Shown: positions 1 to 12,892, numbered from the stretch's first letter. The stretch: DNA of 64,000 nucleotides from Malacoraja senta (GCA_038087875.1 CM075985.1:6882001-6946000); one strand, 5' to 3'. The notes: generated by a model from the letters alone, not told the origin. Program-made: numbers and translations.

Positions 1-1
1 T

Positions 2-334
2 GGCACAAACGATGTCGGAAAGAAGGGGATGAATATTCTGCAGCGTGACTTTAGAGAGCTCGGAAAAATGCTGAAAAGCAGGACCTCCAGGGTTGTTTTC
101 TCCGGTTTGCTTCCAGTTCCTCGTGCTGGCGAGAGCAGGAACAGGGAGATACGGGACCTGAACGTGTGGCTCAGGAACTGGTGCACGGGGCAGGGATTTA
201 GATTCTTAGATCACTGGGATCTGTTTTGGGGTAAAGGGGAACTGTACAAAAGGGACGGATTGCATCTTAACAGGTGTGGGACCAGCATTCTGGCAGGCAG
301 GTTTGCCACTGCTACACGGGTGGTTTTAAACTGA
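2..334 (+). CDS. CR1 ORF1 C-terminus (SGNH hydrolase-like domain), partial
   Basis: GTND...RDGLHLN motifs; near-identical to the ORF at 16907-17707(-). Confidence 0.85.
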   Translation, partial: GTNDVGKKGMNILQRDFRELGKMLKSRTSRVVFSGLLPVPRAGESRNREIRDLNVWLRNWCTGQGFRFLDHWDLFWGKGELYKRDGLHLNRCGTSILAGRFATATRVVLN

Positions 335-645
335 ATAAGGGGGGTGGGGTGTCGAATGGGATAGTGGAGGATGGAGTTAAAGGGAAAGGGTTTCTTAAAT
401 GTGTGAGCGTAGAGACAGAGGAGTGTAAAATGAGGGTAGAAGCAATAGGTAGCAAGGTGAAAAGTAAAAGTGGAAGACAGACAAAACCAGGGCAAAAATC
501 AAAAAGGGCCACTTTTCAACATAATTGTATAAGGGGTAAGAGTGTTGTAAAAACAAGCCTGAAGGCTTTGTGTCTCAATGCAGGAGCATTCGTAATAAGG
601 TGGATGAGTTGAATGTGCAGATAGCTATTAATGACTATGATATAG

Positions 646-3357
646 TTGGGATCACGGCTCCAGGGTGACCAAGGCTGGGAGCTGAACATCCAGGGATATT
701 CAATATTCAGGAGGGATAGAGAGAAAGGAAAAGGAGGTGGGGTAGCATTGATGATTAGAGAGGAGATTAACGCAATGGAAAGGAAGGACATTAGGTTCGA
801 GGATGTGGAATCGGTATGGGTAGAGCTGCGCAACACTAAGGGGCAGAAAACGCTGGTGGGTGTTGTGTACAGGCCACCTAACAGTAGTAGTGAAGTTGGA
901 GATGGTATCAAACAGGAAATTAGAAATGCGTGCGACAAAGGCAAAACAGTTATAATGGGTGACTTCAATCTACATATAGATTGGGTGAATCAAATTGGCA
1001 GGGGTGCTGAGGAAGAGGATTTCTTGGAATGTATGCGGGATAGTTATCTAAATCAACATGTAGAGGAACCAACGAGAGAGCAGGCTATTTTAGACTGGGT
1101 ATTGAGTAATGAGGAAGGGTTAGTTAGCAGTCTTGTTGTACGTGCCCCCTTGGGCAAGAGTGACCATAATATGGTTGAGTTCTTCATTAGGATGGAGAGT
1201 GACATTGTTAATTCAGAAACAATGGTTCTGAACTTAAAGAAAGGTAACTTTGAGGGTATGAGACATGAATTGGCCATGATTGACTGGCAATTAATTCTAA
1301 AAGGGTTGACGGTGGACATGCAATGGAAGACATTTAAAGACTGCATGGATGAACTACAAAAATTGTTCATCCCAGTTTGGCAAAAGAATAAATCAGGGAA
1401 GGTAGTGCATCCGTGGATAACAAGGGAAATCAGGGATGGTATCAAAGTGAAAGATGATGCGTACAAATTAGCCAGAAAAAGCAGCATACCAGAGGACTGG
1501 GAGAAATTCAGAGACCAGCAGAGGAGGACAAAGGGCTTAATTAGGAAAGGAAAAATAGATTATGAAAGAAAACTGGCAGGGAACATAAAAACTGACTGCA
1601 AAAGTTTTTATAAATATGTAAAAAGAAAGAGATTAGTTAAAACAAATGTAGGTCCCTTGCAGTCAGAAACAGGTGAGTTGATCATGGGGAACAAGGATAT
1701 GGCGGACCAATTGAATAACTACTTTGGTTCCGTCTTCACTAAGGAAGACATAAATAATCTGCCGGAAATAGCAGGGGACCGCGGGTCAAAGGAGTTGGAG
1801 GAATTGAGTGAAATCCAGGTTAGTCGGGAAGTGGTTTTGGGTAAATTGAATGGATTAAAGGCTGATAAATCCCCAGGGCCAGATAGGCTGCATCCTAGAG
1901 TACTTAAGGAAGTAGCTCCAGAAATAGTGGATGCATTAGTAATAATCTTTCAAAATTCTTTAGATTCTGGAGTAGTTCCTGAGGATTGGCGGGTAGCAAA
2001 CGTAACCCCACTTTTTAAGAAGGGAGGGAGAGAGAAAACGGGGAATTACAGACCAGTTAGTCTAACATCGGTAGTGGGGAAACTGCTAGAGTCAGTTATT
2101 AAAGATGGGATAGCAGCACATTTGGAAAGTGGTGAAATAATTGGACAAAGTCAGCATGGATTTACGAAAGGTAAATCATGTCTGACGAATCTTATAGAAT
2201 TTTTCGAGGATGTAACTAGTAGCGTGGATAGGGGAGAACCAGTGGATGTGGTGTATCTGGACTTCCAGAAGGCTTTCGACAAGGTCCCACATAAGAGATT
2301 AGTATACAAACTTAAAGCACATGGCATTGGGGGTTCAGTATTGATGTGGATAGAGAACTGGCTGGCAAACAGGAAGCAAAGAGTAGGAGTAAACGGGTCC
2401 TTTTCACAATGGCAGGCAGTGACTAGTGGGGTACCGCAAGGCTCAGTGCTGGGACCCCAGCTATTTACAATATATATTAATGACCTGGATGAGGGAATTG
2501 AAGGCAATATCTCCAAGTTTGCGGATGACACTAAGCTGGGGGGCAGTGTTAGCTGTGAGGAGGATACTAGGAGACTGCAAGGTGACTTGGATAGGCTGGG
2601 TGAGTGGGCAAATGTTTGGCAGATGCAGTATAATGTGGATAAATGTGAGGTTATCCATTTTGGTGGCAAAAACAGGAAAGCAGACTATTTTCTAAATGGT
2701 GGCCGACTAGGAAAAGGGGAGATGCAGCGAGACCTGGGTGTCATGGTACACCAGTCATTGAAAGTAGGCATGCAGGTGCAGCAGGCAGTGAAGAAAGCGA
2801 ATGGTATGTTAGCTTTCATAGCAAAAGGATTTGAGTATAGGAGCAGGGAGGTTCTACTGCAGTTGTACAGGGTCTTGGTGAGACCACACCTGGAGTATTG
2901 CGTACAGTTTTGGTCTCCAAATCTGAGGAAGGACATTATTGCAATAGAGGGAGTGCAGAGAAGGTTCACCAGACTGATTCCTGGGATGTCAGGACTGTCT
3001 TATGAAGAAAGACTGGATAGACTTGGTTTATACTCTCTAGAATTTAGGAGATTGAGAGGGGATCTTATAGAAACTTACAAAATTCTTAAGGGGTTGGACA
3101 GGCTAGATGCAGGAAGATTGCTCCCGATGTTGGGGAAGTCCAGGACAAGGGGTCACAGCTTAAGGATCAGGGGGAAATCCTTTAAAACCGAGATGAGAAG
3201 AACTTTTTTCACACAGAGAGTGGTGAATCTCTGGAACTCTCTGCCACAGAGGGTAGTCGAGGCCAGTTCATTGGCTATATTTAAGAGGGAGCTAGATGTG
3301 GCCCTTGTGGCTAAAGGGATCAGAGGGTATGGAGAGAAGGCAGGTACGGGATACTGA
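646..3357 (+). CDS. CR1 ORF2 (APE endonuclease + reverse transcriptase); N-terminus damaged
   Basis: [34 protein letters not shown] motifs. The natural start region (~560-655, LKALCLNA..) has a frameshift and lacks the ETW motif. Confidence 0.93.
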   Translation: MGSRLQGDQGWELNIQGYSIFRRDREKGKGGGVALMIREEINAMERKDIRFEDVESVWVELRNTKGQKTLVGVVYRPPNSSSEVGDGIKQEIRNACDKGKTVIMGDFNLHIDWVNQIGRGAEEEDFLECMRDSYLNQHVEEPTREQAILDWVLSNEEGLVSSLVVRAPLGKSDHNMVEFFIRMESDIVNSETMVLNLKKGNFEGMRHELAMIDWQLILKGLTVDMQWKTFKDCMDELQKLFIPVWQKNKSGKVVHPWITREIRDGIKVKDDAYKLARKSSIPEDWEKFRDQQRRTKGLIRKGKIDYERKLAGNIKTDCKSFYKYVKRKRLVKTNVGPLQSETGELIMGNKDMADQLNNYFGSVFTKEDINNLPEIAGDRGSKELEELSEIQVSREVVLGKLNGLKADKSPGPDRLHPRVLKEVAPEIVDALVIIFQNSLDSGVVPEDWRVANVTPLFKKGGREKTGNYRPVSLTSVVGKLLESVIKDGIAAHLESGEIIGQSQHGFTKGKSCLTNLIEFFEDVTSSVDRGEPVDVVYLDFQKAFDKVPHKRLVYKLKAHGIGGSVLMWIENWLANRKQRVGVNGSFSQWQAVTSGVPQGSVLGPQLFTIYINDLDEGIEGNISKFADDTKLGGSVSCEEDTRRLQGDLDRLGEWANVWQMQYNVDKCEVIHFGGKNRKADYFLNGGRLGKGEMQRDLGVMVHQSLKVGMQVQQAVKKANGMLAFIAKGFEYRSREVLLQLYRVLVRPHLEYCVQFWSPNLRKDIIAIEGVQRRFTRLIPGMSGLSYEERLDRLGLYSLEFRRLRGDLIETYKILKGLDRLDAGRLLPMLGKSRTRGHSLRIRGKSFKTEMRRTFFTQRVVNLWNSLPQRVVEASSLAIFKRELDVALVAKGIRGYGEKAGTGY

Positions 3358-3610
3358 GTTGGATGATCAGCCATGATCATATTGAATGGCGGTGCAGGCT
3401 CGAAGGGCCAAATGGCCTACTCCTGCACCTAATTTCTATGTTTCTATGTTTCTAAAATGTTACCATCTTGTTACAAGCAATGTGATATATAGAAACTAAA
3501 TCACTAAAAAGGCAGTCAGAAAGCATTGTTGATTAAGAAGTCAATTACTCAATCAACATAATTCATTATTTATGGCACCAATTTAAAACAACTCTTTATT
3601 ATAATTGCAG

Positions 3611-3646
3611 GGTACCAAGGGGGAAAATGGTGAAAAGGGTCAAAAG
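3611..3646 (+). CDS. Collagen exon, 36 nt, GTKGENGEKGQK
   Basis: ttgcag|GGT...AAG|gtaaga; four perfect Gly-X-Y triplets. Confidence 0.9.
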
Positions 3647-4455
3647 GTAAGATTAGGCTCCACATTTACATTTTTTTGCTGCATTGTCTATTATCCTTGC
3701 TGATTTTCTAGTGTTGACTCATGTGGGGGTTACCTTTCCTCTGGTATTAAAACCCATCCCCCATTAAGAAGAATCTTTACCTCACAGACACGAGATGAGG
3801 GCTCCATGAGCTGAAGTTAACATGTTCATCAACTGAGCTGGTGTTCCTGTTTCGAATCATCGTAGATTGTTAAGAAAGGAAAACACATGACAGGGCAGGA
3901 AGCTCTTAATGAACCCTTGGGATTGGGAAGGATTAGTTCGAAAAGGTGGATAAGCGGTTTGGTGAACAGGGCTTGGTGGTTGCAGATTTGCAGCACAATT
4001 TAGTGTAGTGGATTGGGAGTTTATATTACCATGGGTTGAATCTGAATTATTACTCTTCGCCCCTCCCCCAGATGCATTTGCGGTCTTTGACATAATTCAC
4101 CATCCCTTATCTCCATTTTCCTGCTCAGTGGAATTGCCCTCAGTCTAATCCATCCAATTTGCGGTCAGGGAATCCTCAGCAATGGCCCCTCTTCTTTCAG
4201 ATTGTATCTCCAGGATCTCCAGAATTCTGATTCAACATAGAACACAATGAAAGTATACAAGTCAGTCAGCAACTGAAATTAGAAGTAAAAACAGGCTAAT
4301 ATTTTTGACAACGGTGATCAACAGAGATGTGAACAATATATTGGACCTTTTCAAATTCATATATTATTATTTTTAAACAGAATAATATGTCTATTGTTAT
4401 AATCAATGATTCTTTATGATCTGTATTTAATAATATCTCCATTTTGCTTTACCAG

Positions 4456-4515
4456 GGAGAGCCTGGCATTGGTTTCAGAGGACCAATTGGTCAGTCAGGA
4501 TCTCCTGGACAAAAG
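4456..4515 (+). CDS. Collagen exon, 60 nt, GEPGIGFRGPIGQSGSPGQK
   Basis: ttaccag|GGA...AAG|gtatga; Gly-X-Gly imperfection like COL7A1 GDPGVGVPG. Confidence 0.93.
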
Positions 4516-4576
4516 GTATGAAGCCCTTGAAGCCAGCATTCTGTTTAGGGTCATGGAGGTTTATAGCATGAAAGAT

Positions 4577-4795
4577 ATACACAAAATGCTGGAGTAAATC
4601 AGCGGGTCAGAGTGCATCTCTGGAGAAAAGGAATAGATGATATTTCAGGTCAGAACCCTTCTTCAGACTGGAGGGTTCTGACCTGAAACATCATCTATTC
4701 CTTTCTCCAGAGATGCTGCCTGACCTGCTGAGTTACTCCAGCATTTTCTGTCCATCTTCGGTATAAACCAGCATCTGCAGTTCCTTTCTACACAT
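4577..4795. repeat. Fold-back (inverted) pair of Penelope terminal repeats
   Basis: 4577-4660 is the near reverse complement of 4672-4755. Confidence 0.85.
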
Positions 4796-5394
4796 TGTAC
4801 AGCATGGAAACAGGCCTTTCGGTCTACAGAGTTTGCACTGAAAAACAATCATCCACTTTAACTCAAATTCTACTCCTTTCTACCCTTAGCTATTTTGGTC
4901 TTTCTACATTCTCATCAACCACCCTCAGAATCTACTGTGAATTCCACACTAATGTTAATTTACAGTGGGCAATTAACCCACCATCCTGCACAATTTTGGG
5001 AAGATAGCAGCAGATGCCGGGATTGAACCTGGATTGCACAGCATTGCACAAAAACAAATTTTAATTAAATTATATATAAATTACACATAAGATTCTAAAA
5101 GATGGAATAGTGCATGGAAAAAAGACATTCGTGCAAAAACATAGTAAGAAAAAGCACAAAATTAGAAAGAAACAAACAAGGAGGCATTAAGGATTTTGGG
5201 TAATGGTCCTATGCTTGTGCTTTATATTGAATTTGATAAAGTGAAACATAAATATGTGTGGGTTTCATGCTATATCTCTACAAATAATAGGATTAAACAG
5301 AGAGCAGTGAAATAAAAGAAATGGAGACAAAAGGAACTGCAAATGCTGGAATCTTGATCAAAACACAAAGTGCTGGAGTAGTGTATTTTTGGGG

Positions 5395-5638
5395 GTTTAG
5401 TTTAGAGATACTGAGCGGAAACAGGCCCTTCGGCCCACCGGGTCCACACCGACTAGCGATCCCCGCCTACTAACACTATCCTACACACACTAGGGACAAT
5501 TTTACATTTATACCAAGCCAATTAACCTAAAATCTGTACGTCTTTGGAGTGTGGGAGGAAACCGAAGATCTCGGAGAAAACCCACGCGGTCTTGGGGAGA
5601 AGGTACAAACTCCGTACAGACAGCATCCGTAGTCAGGA
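5395..5638 (-). mobile_element. V-SINE (HE1-like), 5'-truncated
   Basis: V-domain (gtttgtac..ctcccc..cgcgtgggttttctccgagatcttcggtttcctcccacactccaaagac) and LINE-like tail ending (CTAAA)n. Confidence 0.8.
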
Positions 5639-5736
5639 CGTAGATGGAATGGATAGGCAATATTTTGGTTCAGGACCCTTCTTCAGACCAATTGTATAAG
5701 GGGGAGAAGAGGTGGGCATAAGACAAAGCCTTGCAA

Positions 5737-6058
5737 GTTTAGTTTAGTTTAGTTTAGAGATACAGCGTGGAAACATGCCCTTCGGCCCACCGGGTCCAGG
5801 CCGACCAGCGAGCCCTGCACGCATTAACACTATCCTACACACACTAGGGACAATTTTTTACACATACATCAAGCCAATTAACCTACATACCTCTACGTCT
5901 TTGGAGTGTGGTAGGAAACTGAAGATCTCGGAGAAAACCCACGCGGTCATGAGGAGAACGTACAAACTCCGTACAGACAGCACCCATGGTTGGGATCGAA
6001 CCTGAGTCTCCGGCGGTGCAAGCGCTGTAAGGCAGCAACTTGCACCAATGTGCCGCCC
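5737..6058 (-). mobile_element. V-SINE (HE1-like), full length
   Basis: tRNA-like head with B-box ggttcgatccc, V-domain, (CTAAA)n tail. Confidence 0.85.
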
Positions 6059-6494
6059 ATAGGTGATAGGTGAATATAGGTGAGGGGGGGTTGACAGAAG
6101 GATTCACAAAGGCTACTGATGAAGAGGAGTCAAAAAGGTGTCGGATAATGAAAGAAGACGAGTGAAATGTAAAGCCAGATAGAAAGATATAGCTGGAAAA
6201 GGATATGGAAGGGAAGAAATTTATTGTATTGGATAATTTATTGCTCTCTTCAAGTTGATAACCAACCAATATGAAACTATGGTTACAAATATGGTAAAAC
6301 GAACCATGCTATTTTGTCCTTTTGTAAGAAATTAGTTACGCCCCAATAAAATATTACATCCATTTTTAACATAAAAGTTTGCGTTATTTTGGATCTTTAA
6401 AATAAATTAAACCAAGAATCTACATTAGGCCAAACTGAAACACAGATCTGCAATGCTGCGCCAATGCTAACTGTGATTTATTTTCTGTGATTAG

Positions 6495-6620
6495 GGTGTA
6501 CCAGGGCAAAGTGGTCCTCCAGGGGCACAAGGTACCCAAGGCATTGCAGGTAATACTGGAATCCCAGGAGCCCAGGGCATGAGAGGTCCCTCCGGAGTGC
6601 CAGGACTGCCAGGCATCAGG
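6495..6620 (+). CDS. Collagen exon, 126 nt, GVPGQSGPPGAQGTQGIAGNTGIPGAQGMRGPSGVPGLPGIR
   Basis: gattag|GGT...AGG|gtaact; 14 perfect triplets. Confidence 0.93.
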
Positions 6621-6931
6621 GTAACTATGAAAACAACACGTTTTCTTAGGAGGCACAAAAAACTGCAGATGGTAGAATCTGTAGTAGAAAAGGGTAAGCA
6701 GCTGGAGGATCTTCGCAGGACATGCAGCATCTGTGGAGGAAAATGGAGAGTCAACATTTACCTTCATCTCTAGACTGAACCCTTCATTCAGCTTCGATGA
6801 AGGATCTCGACCCAAAACGTCAGCTGTCCATTTCCCTCCACAGAAGCTGCCTGTCATACCGAGTTCCTCCACCTGCCGCCCTCTTTTTGGCTAAATATTG
6901 TTTTTACTTCGTGAAACCTCCATTCCATAAT

Positions 6932-6959
6932 CTGAAGAAGGGTTTCGGCCCGAAACGTT
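6932..6959 (+). ncRNA. Minimal hammerhead ribozyme core (UUCG stem II variant)
   Basis: CUGAAGA-A-GGGU-UUCG-GCCC-GAAAC-GUU within a ~95-nt Penelope-derived repeat (6931-7025). Confidence 0.7.
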
Positions 6960-9289
6960 ACCTATTTCCTTCGCTCCATAGATGCTGCTGCACCCGCTGA
7001 GTTTCTCCAGCATTTTTGTGTACCTCCATTCCATAATGTTCAGCCTTTTTTTCACATCTGTGTCTGAATGCACCAACATATTATCGGTCATAAAAATGAA
7101 CATCTCTCTCTCTAATCTCTCTCTCTAATCTCTCTAACATAAAATAATCTCATTTAAAAATTTAAATATGTTTAGCAACTAGTAAAGTTAATTGAACAAA
7201 TCAAAGATTATGGATTTTTTAGTTAATTTAAAAAGGCACTTTCACTAAATTGGACCAGAGCTGGGGCAACCCAATCTTTTTCAGCAAACCCCTCGACCCT
7301 CTCTGTTTTTGGAAACATTTAGTATCCTATTTATTTTATGTTAGCATCCAATCAAGAGTTTGTTTAAGTCAACCTCTCCTGGTAATGGGATTTCCTGTTG
7401 AGTGAAAAGACCAATCCAAGCACTTGGATGTAAATAGTTATTTCTGCAAGAATTTAGTCAAATATAATCAACTGTGTAACATTGGGCAAACTCCTGAGAA
7501 TCTCTATTCCGTTATGCTGTACTGTGCAATAGTTTTCCAGACAATTTAACATGCAATTTTATTACTTTTGCAATAAAACAAAATTTTAATCTAACCACTC
7601 CTTTAATTGCGATCTTCTTCATTGTTAACTTTTCTGCCATGAAGGATGAACTCTGCAACAAATTGCCTGGCTCAACCTACTGTCACAATTATCACTTGTT
7701 ATTCGATTCAAAGGGAAAGAATCTGCGAACTTCCTTCACTAATTAAAGACCATCTTGGCTCCATCTCTGCACCTTAGCATTGACTTACCTGTAATAGCTG
7801 GAACTCAGCCAAATGGTACCGATATTACAAGGTGGATGAACACTTTTTTGGGGGGGACTGCTCTTTAGAGGGTGCCATGTAACTTTATTCAGTTCTGCCA
7901 CTGGCCATAGTGATAAGATCCTATGCTTGGAATTTCTTCCCTGACTTTTTTGTTTCTCTATGTCAATTTTTTCCGTTATGACACTCCTAAAATCTACCTC
8001 TTTGAGCTAGAACCTCCTATATCAACTGACAAGGCTCAGTGTCAAATTTTGTTTAATATGGCTCCTGAAGCACCTTGAGACATTTTACACATTAAATGAA
8101 CTATATAGTGCACAAGTTGATATTTTTGTTTAATTTTGTTATACAAAACTTAGGGTTGTAGTGACTCATCTTCTCTTGAATATTTATTCTCCAAGAGTTC
8201 TCACTGAGATTCCTCACATAACAGACTGTCAAAGTAATAACCCAGGAGACCTCGCTCTGTGAAACATTTTCACTTTTGTCCCTGGATTTTAATTAAAAGT
8301 CACCCACAAGCCATGCGTTTCTGGAAATTAACTGCGGAAATTTTAATGATCGTTCTAGCATCCAGTAGAGGCATGTTGATTAGGTTAGGGAAGGATTTCT
8401 AGTCAGAGATGAAGAAGTTGCAAGAGCTTTTAATGAGACCATCTCCTTGTAATTGTCTGAGCAACACAAATTAATCTTGCCTTATGATGCTTGCATCATC
8501 CAACACATCTGAGAAATAAAAGCCACTTAGCCTATTGACTCCTTAATGCACATGCCTCAGTGATGAACCTTAAGGGTTTTCTTTCCAATTTTTGAAGTTA
8601 TCTTTCACTTCCTGCTATCTTTAAAAACTGTTAATTTAACAAAATGTCTTAAATCAAAATCTCTCAGACAGAAAAATAATATGCCCTATTAAAAATATTC
8701 AGGAAATTATCCAATAGAAACTCTTCTGCCCTGGTTAAGCCTTCAATAGTGCTCTTAAGATGATGCCACTAGCCTTCCTAGACCCAAGGAAAAAAATTCT
8801 AATGGACGGAATGTACCAGTTTTCAATTCATTCAATATATCAACTACTCCAACTTTACAAATTTCAAAAGGCTCTGTTACACATTATACAAAACTAATTA
8901 GGATGTCAAAACATATTTGATTCCACAATAATTTAACCGCAAACAGCTCTGAAAATTTAGCTATTTGTTGCTTCATCTTAAATTACTTCGACCTTTAACT
9001 TATGTACTTTTTAAAACGACCTTTTTTATTTTTTTCTCACCACTTGTTCGGTCTGTTTATAGAAATCATCAAATCCACAACAAATAATCAATTCCATGGG
9101 ATCGATTTGAACTGTTTCATGCAGACAGGAAAGGGTAGCAAGGTAGCAACAGTGCAAACAGTGGAAAGGGCAGCTCACACCACAAGAACAGATTAACTTG
9201 TAGCTGAAATAATTTACTATGTTGAAATCAAAATGGTTATGTTTTAAAAGTGTTTATCTATCACCCAAACATGGTTTTGGAAAAGATCA

Positions 9290-9770
9290 ACGAGCTACAA
9301 ACTGAGACAAAATGCTGGAGGAACTCAGCGGGTCCATGAGTTCTGCATGGGTGCAGGGGGCAGCCCTGATGCAGTTGTGGATGTAGCAAAGAAAAGTTGA
9401 GGGATGGTGCCATTTAGAACAAGGACTGTTCAACACAACCAACAAAGAGGCAGACCTAGCTGTGCCCCATGCAAATGTCCACAGCAGTACCTTTATCTTG
9501 GACAATCTGAGAGGAGTCAAAGGAGAAGTTGTTGAGGGCGAGGACAAGTTCTGTTAGGCAGAGGAGAGCATTAGTAGAGGGAAATTGATTTGGTCTCTGT
9601 TCAAGGAAGAACCAGAGGCTTGAGACTTTCTTGGTGGGGGATGGAAGCGTAAAGGGACTGGACGTCCATGGTAAAGATAAGGTAATGGGGGCCTTGAAAT
9701 TGAAAGTTAATGAAGAGTTGAAGAACACGTGAAGTGTCTCAGACATAGATTGGAAGGGACAACTACAGTG
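9290..9770 (-). mobile_element. Degenerate Penelope-like RT fragment
   Basis: Reverse strand reads LTELVLALNNFSFDSSQIVQDKGTAVDICMGHS (decayed Q.KG.AMG motif); terminal-repeat piece at 9300-9335. Confidence 0.6.
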
Positions 9771-10384
9771 GAATCTAGGTATTCAGATTCTCCTGTTTCT
9801 CCCTCTAATTTTCAAGTCTCCCATCATTGCAACTCCCCCTGTCCCCACCCTTAATGCCAGTTGCAATGCCAATAGTGTAAGCTTCGCTGCAATGGAAAAG
9901 CTTATCTTGGTTTCTTGCATTACGGACAATGCTTTTTCATATGGTTGGCAATAAACTTCCTACAAATGTTACAGAAGCAAATGAATGCTCCCAATTGGTT
10001 CAGCTACATGAATTACATATTGAAAACGCCTAACTAGACTGTATGCAGTCAGTTGAATGCTATTTCACATAGTTGACAATAACTTTTCCTAAAAAGGTTG
10101 TACAGCCTTTCAATCGATTCAACAACTTGAATTGATTCGACAACAGGCAATTATGAAGGTCTGGTTAAATATTTGCAATTGAATGTAACACAGACCTGGC
10201 CGCTGCTACCGCTGTGCTCCTCTGAAAGGCCAGACCATGAAACAGGATCCAAAATGGCCTACATGTTAGTGATGGGAATGGCCACGGGAATCCTGCACTC
10301 TCTGCCTACCCTCTCTGCCTTGCCTGGAGGTCACCCAACTCCCTTCCGCCTGCACCTTAAGTGTGATCACCTCACTGAAACTCC

Positions 10385-10600
10385 TATCTGACAATCAGGA
10401 GCTCTGGCAGGATGCACTTCCCACAGGTGTGTCACCAGCAGGGACATTGGCAGTTTTGCTGATCGCCCACATTCTGCAGGAGGAGAATACAACTTCCTTG
10501 ACCACACGACGGCCAAAAAGGACCTTAACTTACCTTTAAACTGCTCGCTGAAGCCTTTCGAGACAAATCCTCAGCACTTACCACTTAAACATTACACCTG
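10385..10600 (-). mobile_element. Degenerate CR1 5' end (5' UTR motif and ORF1 zinc-finger remnant)
   Basis: cgctgaagcctttcgagacaaatcctcagcact resembles 17876-17907; the reverse strand encodes SSCRMWAISKTANVP, similar to CDACSMWEVKETAGA. Confidence 0.5.
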
Positions 10601-10901
10601 GAACACACACATAGCCTCTCTCACAATGATACTCCAAAATGGCCACTCCACTAGAGCCTGTCTCCCTCTTATTCGTTTCAAAGGGGGGGTCTTAATGCCG
10701 ATTTTTAAATTTCCTATGCTCCTCTTTACAGCTCCACAGCCTCTTGTGAAGCTAACTAACTGAGATCAGTGAACTGTACGGCTCAAACCTGGATCTTCCT
10801 GATGTTATGACCTGTAATAACACTTTAGATTTATTCATTATGTGGAGTATTGATATTAAGTTGATTTTATCAATGAATACTGTAGTATTTTCTTTGAATA
10901 G

Positions 10902-10973
10902 GGCAATCGAGGTAGAAGGGGCAAGAATGGATCACCCGGACCACCTGGAATAAAGGGACCAATCAGCAAGGCA
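10902..10973 (+). CDS. Collagen exon, 72 nt, GNRGRRGKNGSPGPPGIKGPISKA
   Basis: gaatag|GGC...GCA|gtatgt; last triplet has Ser at the Gly position. Confidence 0.88.
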
Positions 10974-12354
10974 GTATGTGTATACTAAAAGGGATAGATG
11001 TTGGCAGTATCGTTCTGTTGGAATATAAATTATTTACTTCACTCTGTCTACCTTTATATAAAGTTTCACATAAGATGCCTGGTGTGCTTCCTCAAAATCT
11101 GCCTCAATCTCAGGCAAATCTCACTGCACTAAGATGACATTTACCTGCTTCTCTCATTGGCTCTTATTGAGACCACCGAGGAAAACTGTCAAATGTTTGA
11201 GAAGGGTATATCAAGTTTTTGATCTTCCAGATCTATCTGGTTCATTTATTCGCTGGGTTAAAGCTGAACCCAATGACAAAGGATTTGGTGTGCTGAAGGC
11301 CCTGTTTCCATGCTGTATCTCTAAACTAAACTAAACTAAACTAAACTGGACGAACCAGATAGATCATGGTTCTCTCCATGCATGGATTCAAGTGTAGCCT
11401 TTGTTTAAAAATGAGAGCAAAGGGATAAACCACATAACTACCTTCCAGTCAGTTTAATCATGGTAGCAGGGAAAGGTCCATAAACAAGAATCACAGATTT
11501 AAAAAAATATCTTAGATTTCCAGCATCAGTAGGGTTTTTTTAAGAATCAATAATGATACCAAACCAGCAAAAACTTGGACTAATGTAAATTAAATAGAGA
11601 AAGATTTGTAAAAGGTGAATCATGTCCCACTAAATTTGATTTAATAAAATTGATTTATCCGTTTGTTAAAACGGTAACAAAGGGAGTCAATGTGGGAAAT
11701 GCCATTGATATGTACTTGTTGACTATACCTTGTTATAATTTACATAATTTATAAGGCCAATGATCAACAGTATTTGGGATTTGAGAATATTAGGGATGAC
11801 CTTTGCTCCACTCTGGGACAGCACTGAACTTGCACTGACCTTTCCAGTGAAGATTTGAGATGGTAAATCTTGGTGAACTGGGAGCAGCAATTATCATGAC
11901 AACAATGACTGATGCTATTTCACTGTGCTAGAGACCCAGTTCAAACCTGACTCCAAGCACTGTTTTCTCCGGATGCTCTGGTTTGGTCCCACATCCTAAA
12001 GACATAAAGATTGAAAAATTAATTGGTCTCTATAAAAGGCCCTAGTGTGGATGAGTGATAGAATCTGGGGGAAGTTGATGAGAATATCATGCTATGAAAA
12101 TAGTATTAATGTAGAATTCGTATAAATGAGCATTTGGTGGAAAGACATGGACATAGTGGGCCAAAAGACCCGTTTCCATGCTCTATTGCTCCACAACTGT
12201 GAACTATTTTACCTTTTGGAAATTGCGAGTGGTTCAAGCAAATTAAATTGTAAACAATTACCTTTCATCCAAATCTTGCTTTCTTTATTTTGTCTTTTTA
12301 ACAAAATCCCTTACAAAGAAATTATTGAAAATAATTGTAGAGATGGAGAACATT

Positions 12355-12592
12355 TAGTCAGAGGGTGGTGAATCTGTGGATTTTTTTGCCACAGAAGGCT
12401 GTGGGGACCAAGTCAGTGGAAATATTTATGGCAGAGAAAGATAAATTCTTGATTAGTAGGGTGTCAGAAGTTATAGGGAGAAGGCAGGAGATTGAGGTTA
12501 GGAAGGAGAGATAGATCAGCCATGATTGAATGGCGGAGTAGACTTGATGGGCCAAATGGCCTAATTCTGCAAATGGCATATCATGACCTTAT
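12355..12592 (+). mobile_element. Older CR1/HER1-type LINE 3' fragment
   Basis: cagagggtggtgaatctgtgg...gatcagccatgattgaatggcgg...gggccaaatggccta, similar to the CR1 3' end. Confidence 0.65.
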
Positions 12593-12856
12593 GAAAATAA
12601 TCATAAAAAGAGGCCTAAAAAGAAAAAAATACACAATCATCCTGGTGATTGGTGAGAAGATCGAATACGCTACCACAAGGGGTAGCAGAAGTTAACTTAA
12701 TTTGAAAGAAAAATTAAAAAGTAGATTAAACTAACAATGTTAATTTGCCTCAAATACACGTCACAATGTTTATTCATTTCAGATACTAACTTCAAGCTAC
12801 TGTGAAGGTTTCTAACATCTGTATCAAACACTGAACTATTTCATTTTACTTTTCAG

Positions 12857-12892
12857 GGACCTCCTGGAAAACCTGGCATCAAAGGTTACAAC
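12857..12892 (+). CDS. Collagen exon, 36 nt, GPPGKPGIKGYN
   Basis: tttcag|GGA...AAC|gtaagc. Confidence 0.92.

Larger units (their letters stand above)
1..3454 (+). mobile_element. CR1-clade LINE, near full length (5' part outside window)
   Basis: End of ORF1 with SGNH esterase motifs (GTND, DGLH), ORF2 with APE endonuclease and RT, 3' tail of (TTTCTATG)n at 3433-3454. Confidence 0.95.

Noticed and set aside
1053-3380. Minus-strand ORFs overlapping CR1 ORF2 (and mirror ORFs at 14085-17822, 50770-51885)
   Set aside because: Antisense shadows of the LINE coding sequence; they recur only because the element is repeated.
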